Shown piece after piece: positions 38,565 through 40,460 of a stretch of 40,460 bases of DNA. The position numbers and the translations under genes are program-made. Origin of the DNA: Campylobacterota bacterium (GTDB lineage: Bacteria > Campylobacterota > Campylobacteria > Campylobacterales > Sulfurimonadaceae); contig JAYEKO010000058.1 of the NCBI GenBank assembly GCA_034661055.1, forward strand, positions 1 to 40,460. The letters run 5' to 3'. A model generated the notes under the pieces. The model was not told where the DNA came from and ran no database searches. It was given only the letters and a program-made list of their open reading frames with translations. The stretch's first letter is position 1. The number at the start of each line of letters is the position of its first letter.

Positions 38565-39361
38565 AAAAACTTTTACTTCTTTTTCTACCTATTTTACTTT
38601 TTTCACAAAAACCTCAGCTGTTGCTACTTGAAACCTATGATGACCAGAATATTACTGGGTGGGTCATGAGTGAAAAACTTGATGGAATTCGTGCTTACTG
38701 GGACGGCAAGAACTTAATTAGCCGAGGTGGTAAAATAATTCATGCCCCCAAGTGGTTTACTAAAGAGTACCCACCGTTTGAGGTTGATGGTGAACTTTGG
38801 AGTAAAAGAAAAGATTTTGAAAATATCTCCTCAATAGTAAGAGATAGCGTACCTAGTAAAAAATGGCAAGAGATTAAACACTACATTTTTGAAGTACCCA
38901 ACAAAGAAGGGAATCTTACCCAACGGCTTAACCATGCAAAACCTTATGAAAACCGATACCTCAAACTACTTCCTCAACTTACAATCAAGAGTACAGACCA
39001 TTTACATGTATTTTTACAAGAGATTGAAAAAAAAGGTGGCGAGGGTGTTGTGGTTCGTGACCCAAATTCACCTTACATTGCTCAAAGAACCAACAAAGCT
39101 TTAAAGGTAAAAACATTTCATGATGCAGAGTGTGAGATTGTTGGACATAATGAAGGAAAAGGAAAATATAAAAATCTACTCGGTTCATTTACATGTAAAT
39201 TAAAAAATGGAACTACCTTTAAAATAGGCAGTGGGCTTAGTGATGAGTTACGTCAAAATCCACCTACAATTGGTAGTATAATCACTTTTAAATATCAGGA
39301 ATTTACAAAGTATGAAAAACCTAGGTTTCCTGTGTTTTTAAGAGTTAGAGATGCTAAATAA
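38561..39361 (+). CDS. Minimal ATP-dependent DNA ligase with N-terminal signal peptide (Lig E type)
   Basis: [15 protein letters not shown] leader; motif I SEKLDG, DGELW, EGVVVR, LKVK, C-terminal OB domain ending PRFPVFLRVR. Confidence 0.9.
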   Translation: MKKLLLLFLPILLFSQKPQLLLLETYDDQNITGWVMSEKLDGIRAYWDGKNLISRGGKIIHAPKWFTKEYPPFEVDGELWSKRKDFENISSIVRDSVPSKKWQEIKHYIFEVPNKEGNLTQRLNHAKPYENRYLKLLPQLTIKSTDHLHVFLQEIEKKGGEGVVVRDPNSPYIAQRTNKALKVKTFHDAECEIVGHNEGKGKYKNLLGSFTCKLKNGTTFKIGSGLSDELRQNPPTIGSIITFKYQEFTKYEKPRFPVFLRVRDAK

Positions 39362-40448
39362 ACTAAAACCTAAATCAGAGTTTAGCCGTAATGTTCTTAC
39401 CCTTATGACAGGGACAACCATTGCTCAAGCTATTCCCATTGCCATTAGCCCTATTTTAACTCGAATTTATACGCCTGATGATTTTGGAGTGTTTGCGCTT
39501 TATATAGCAATCACAGCTATATTTGGAAGTATTGCAAATGGTAGATATGAGTTAGCTCTTATGCTTCCAAAAAAAGATGAAGATGCTATAAATATTTTTG
39601 CCTTAGGTTTTATAATCACTTCATTTATCTCACTACTTATTTTAGTGTTAGTAATAGTATTTAATGACTACTTTACAAAACTACTCAACAATAATGAGAT
39701 AAGTGCATGGTTATACTTTATACCTATTGCAGTATTTTTTACAGGTCTTTGGAATGCACTAAACTATTTTAATAATCGTAAAAAACAATATAAAGATTTA
39801 GCAAAAGCAACTATAATAAAGTCTATAGTTACAGCTATAGTACAGCTAAGTGTAGGATTTGTCAAAAGCGGAGCTACAGGTCTTATAAGTGGTCAGATAC
39901 TTTCACAGCTATTTGCAAATACAAAACTACTTTCAAATATCGTAAAAGATAAAATATTACTTTCTAATATATCGAAAGTAAAGGTAATAGCTCTAGCTAA
40001 AAGATATAAGGATTTTCCTAAATTTCAAGCTCCTCATGCTCTTTTAAATACTTTTTCATCAAATATGCCAATTTATATGTTTAGTGCTTTTTTTAGTTCT
40101 ACAGCAGTTGGATTTTATTCTTTAAGTACAAGAATTGTATTTAGCCCTTTAATGATTATATCAGGAGCAAGTGCTAAAGTTTATAATCAAAAAGTAAGTG
40201 AAATTTATAATAATAATGGTGATAGTTATAGTTTTACAATAAGATTATTAAAATCACTTCTTAAAAAAATAATTTTACCTTTTTTATTAATAGTTATTTT
40301 TGCACCAGATATTTTTTCTTTTATTTTTGGTGAGGTATGGAGAGAAGCTGGAATTTACACACAGATTTTATCTCCATGGTTATTTATGGTTTTTTATGTT
40401 TCTACAGTTTCGTTTATAACAATTATTATTAATATTAAAAAAAAATAG
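39351..40448 (+). CDS. wzx: Wzx-type oligosaccharide flippase (C-terminus possibly truncated)
   Basis: VLTLMTGTTIAQAIP...LTRIYTPDDFG, GRYELA, YKDFPKF, FGEVWREAG. Confidence 0.85.
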   Translation: MLNKLKPKSEFSRNVLTLMTGTTIAQAIPIAISPILTRIYTPDDFGVFALYIAITAIFGSIANGRYELALMLPKKDEDAINIFALGFIITSFISLLILVLVIVFNDYFTKLLNNNEISAWLYFIPIAVFFTGLWNALNYFNNRKKQYKDLAKATIIKSIVTAIVQLSVGFVKSGATGLISGQILSQLFANTKLLSNIVKDKILLSNISKVKVIALAKRYKDFPKFQAPHALLNTFSSNMPIYMFSAFFSSTAVGFYSLSTRIVFSPLMIISGASAKVYNQKVSEIYNNNGDSYSFTIRLLKSLLKKIILPFLLIVIFAPDIFSFIFGEVWREAGIYTQILSPWLFMVFYVSTVSFITIIINIKKK

Positions 40449-40460
40449 TTAAAAATAGAA

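Noticed and set aside
3617..39188. Short overlapping ORFs in the track (e.g. 3617-3832, 4137-4319, 6365-6625, 7559-7756, 9104-10000, 10395-10661, 14669-14890, 16523-18216, 21280-21468, 25036-26653, 27862-28581, 28802-29287, 31405-31590, 33439-33990, 36209-37409, 38889-39188)
   Set aside because: Antisense or out-of-frame shadows of well-supported genes, with no recognisable motifs
1..40460. tRNA, rRNA, riboswitch, IS element or prophage
   Set aside because: Intergenic gaps are short and AT-rich with no recognisable structured-RNA signature, and no transposase, integrase or phage genes were seen; a covariance-model search would be needed to exclude small RNAs

Overview
AT-rich bacterial chromosomal window. 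Gene content and style suggest Campylobacterota (Sulfurimonas/Sulfurovum-like); this is an inference. It holds about 37 genes: housekeeping (rdgB, acyP, moeA-moaE-moaD, mqnA, gltX, dcd), c-di-GMP/chemotaxis/two-component signalling genes, a probable nitrosative-stress/Fe-S cluster (desaturase-nnrS, then DUF2249-like, membrane protein and DUF59 behind a perfect Crp/Fnr box), a BRCT+helical-repeat / MoxR-like AAA ATPase / metallopeptidase-VWA triad, a DUF1538-PII-CBS module, tandem FlgO-like lipoproteins, and the start of a surface-polysaccharide cluster (wbpB-wbpD-wbpE, wzx) interrupted by a signal-peptide-bearing ATP-dependent DNA ligase. The strongest unexplained signal is a highly iterated palindrome, TTTACATGTAAA. 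By manual count there are 10 perfect 12-mers and 22 TACATGTA cores. It occurs in intergenic regions and inside genes in all three reading frames, and it supplies two stop codons. No rRNA, tRNA, CRISPR array, transposase or integrase was seen. All family calls come from motif recognition by eye, not database searches.
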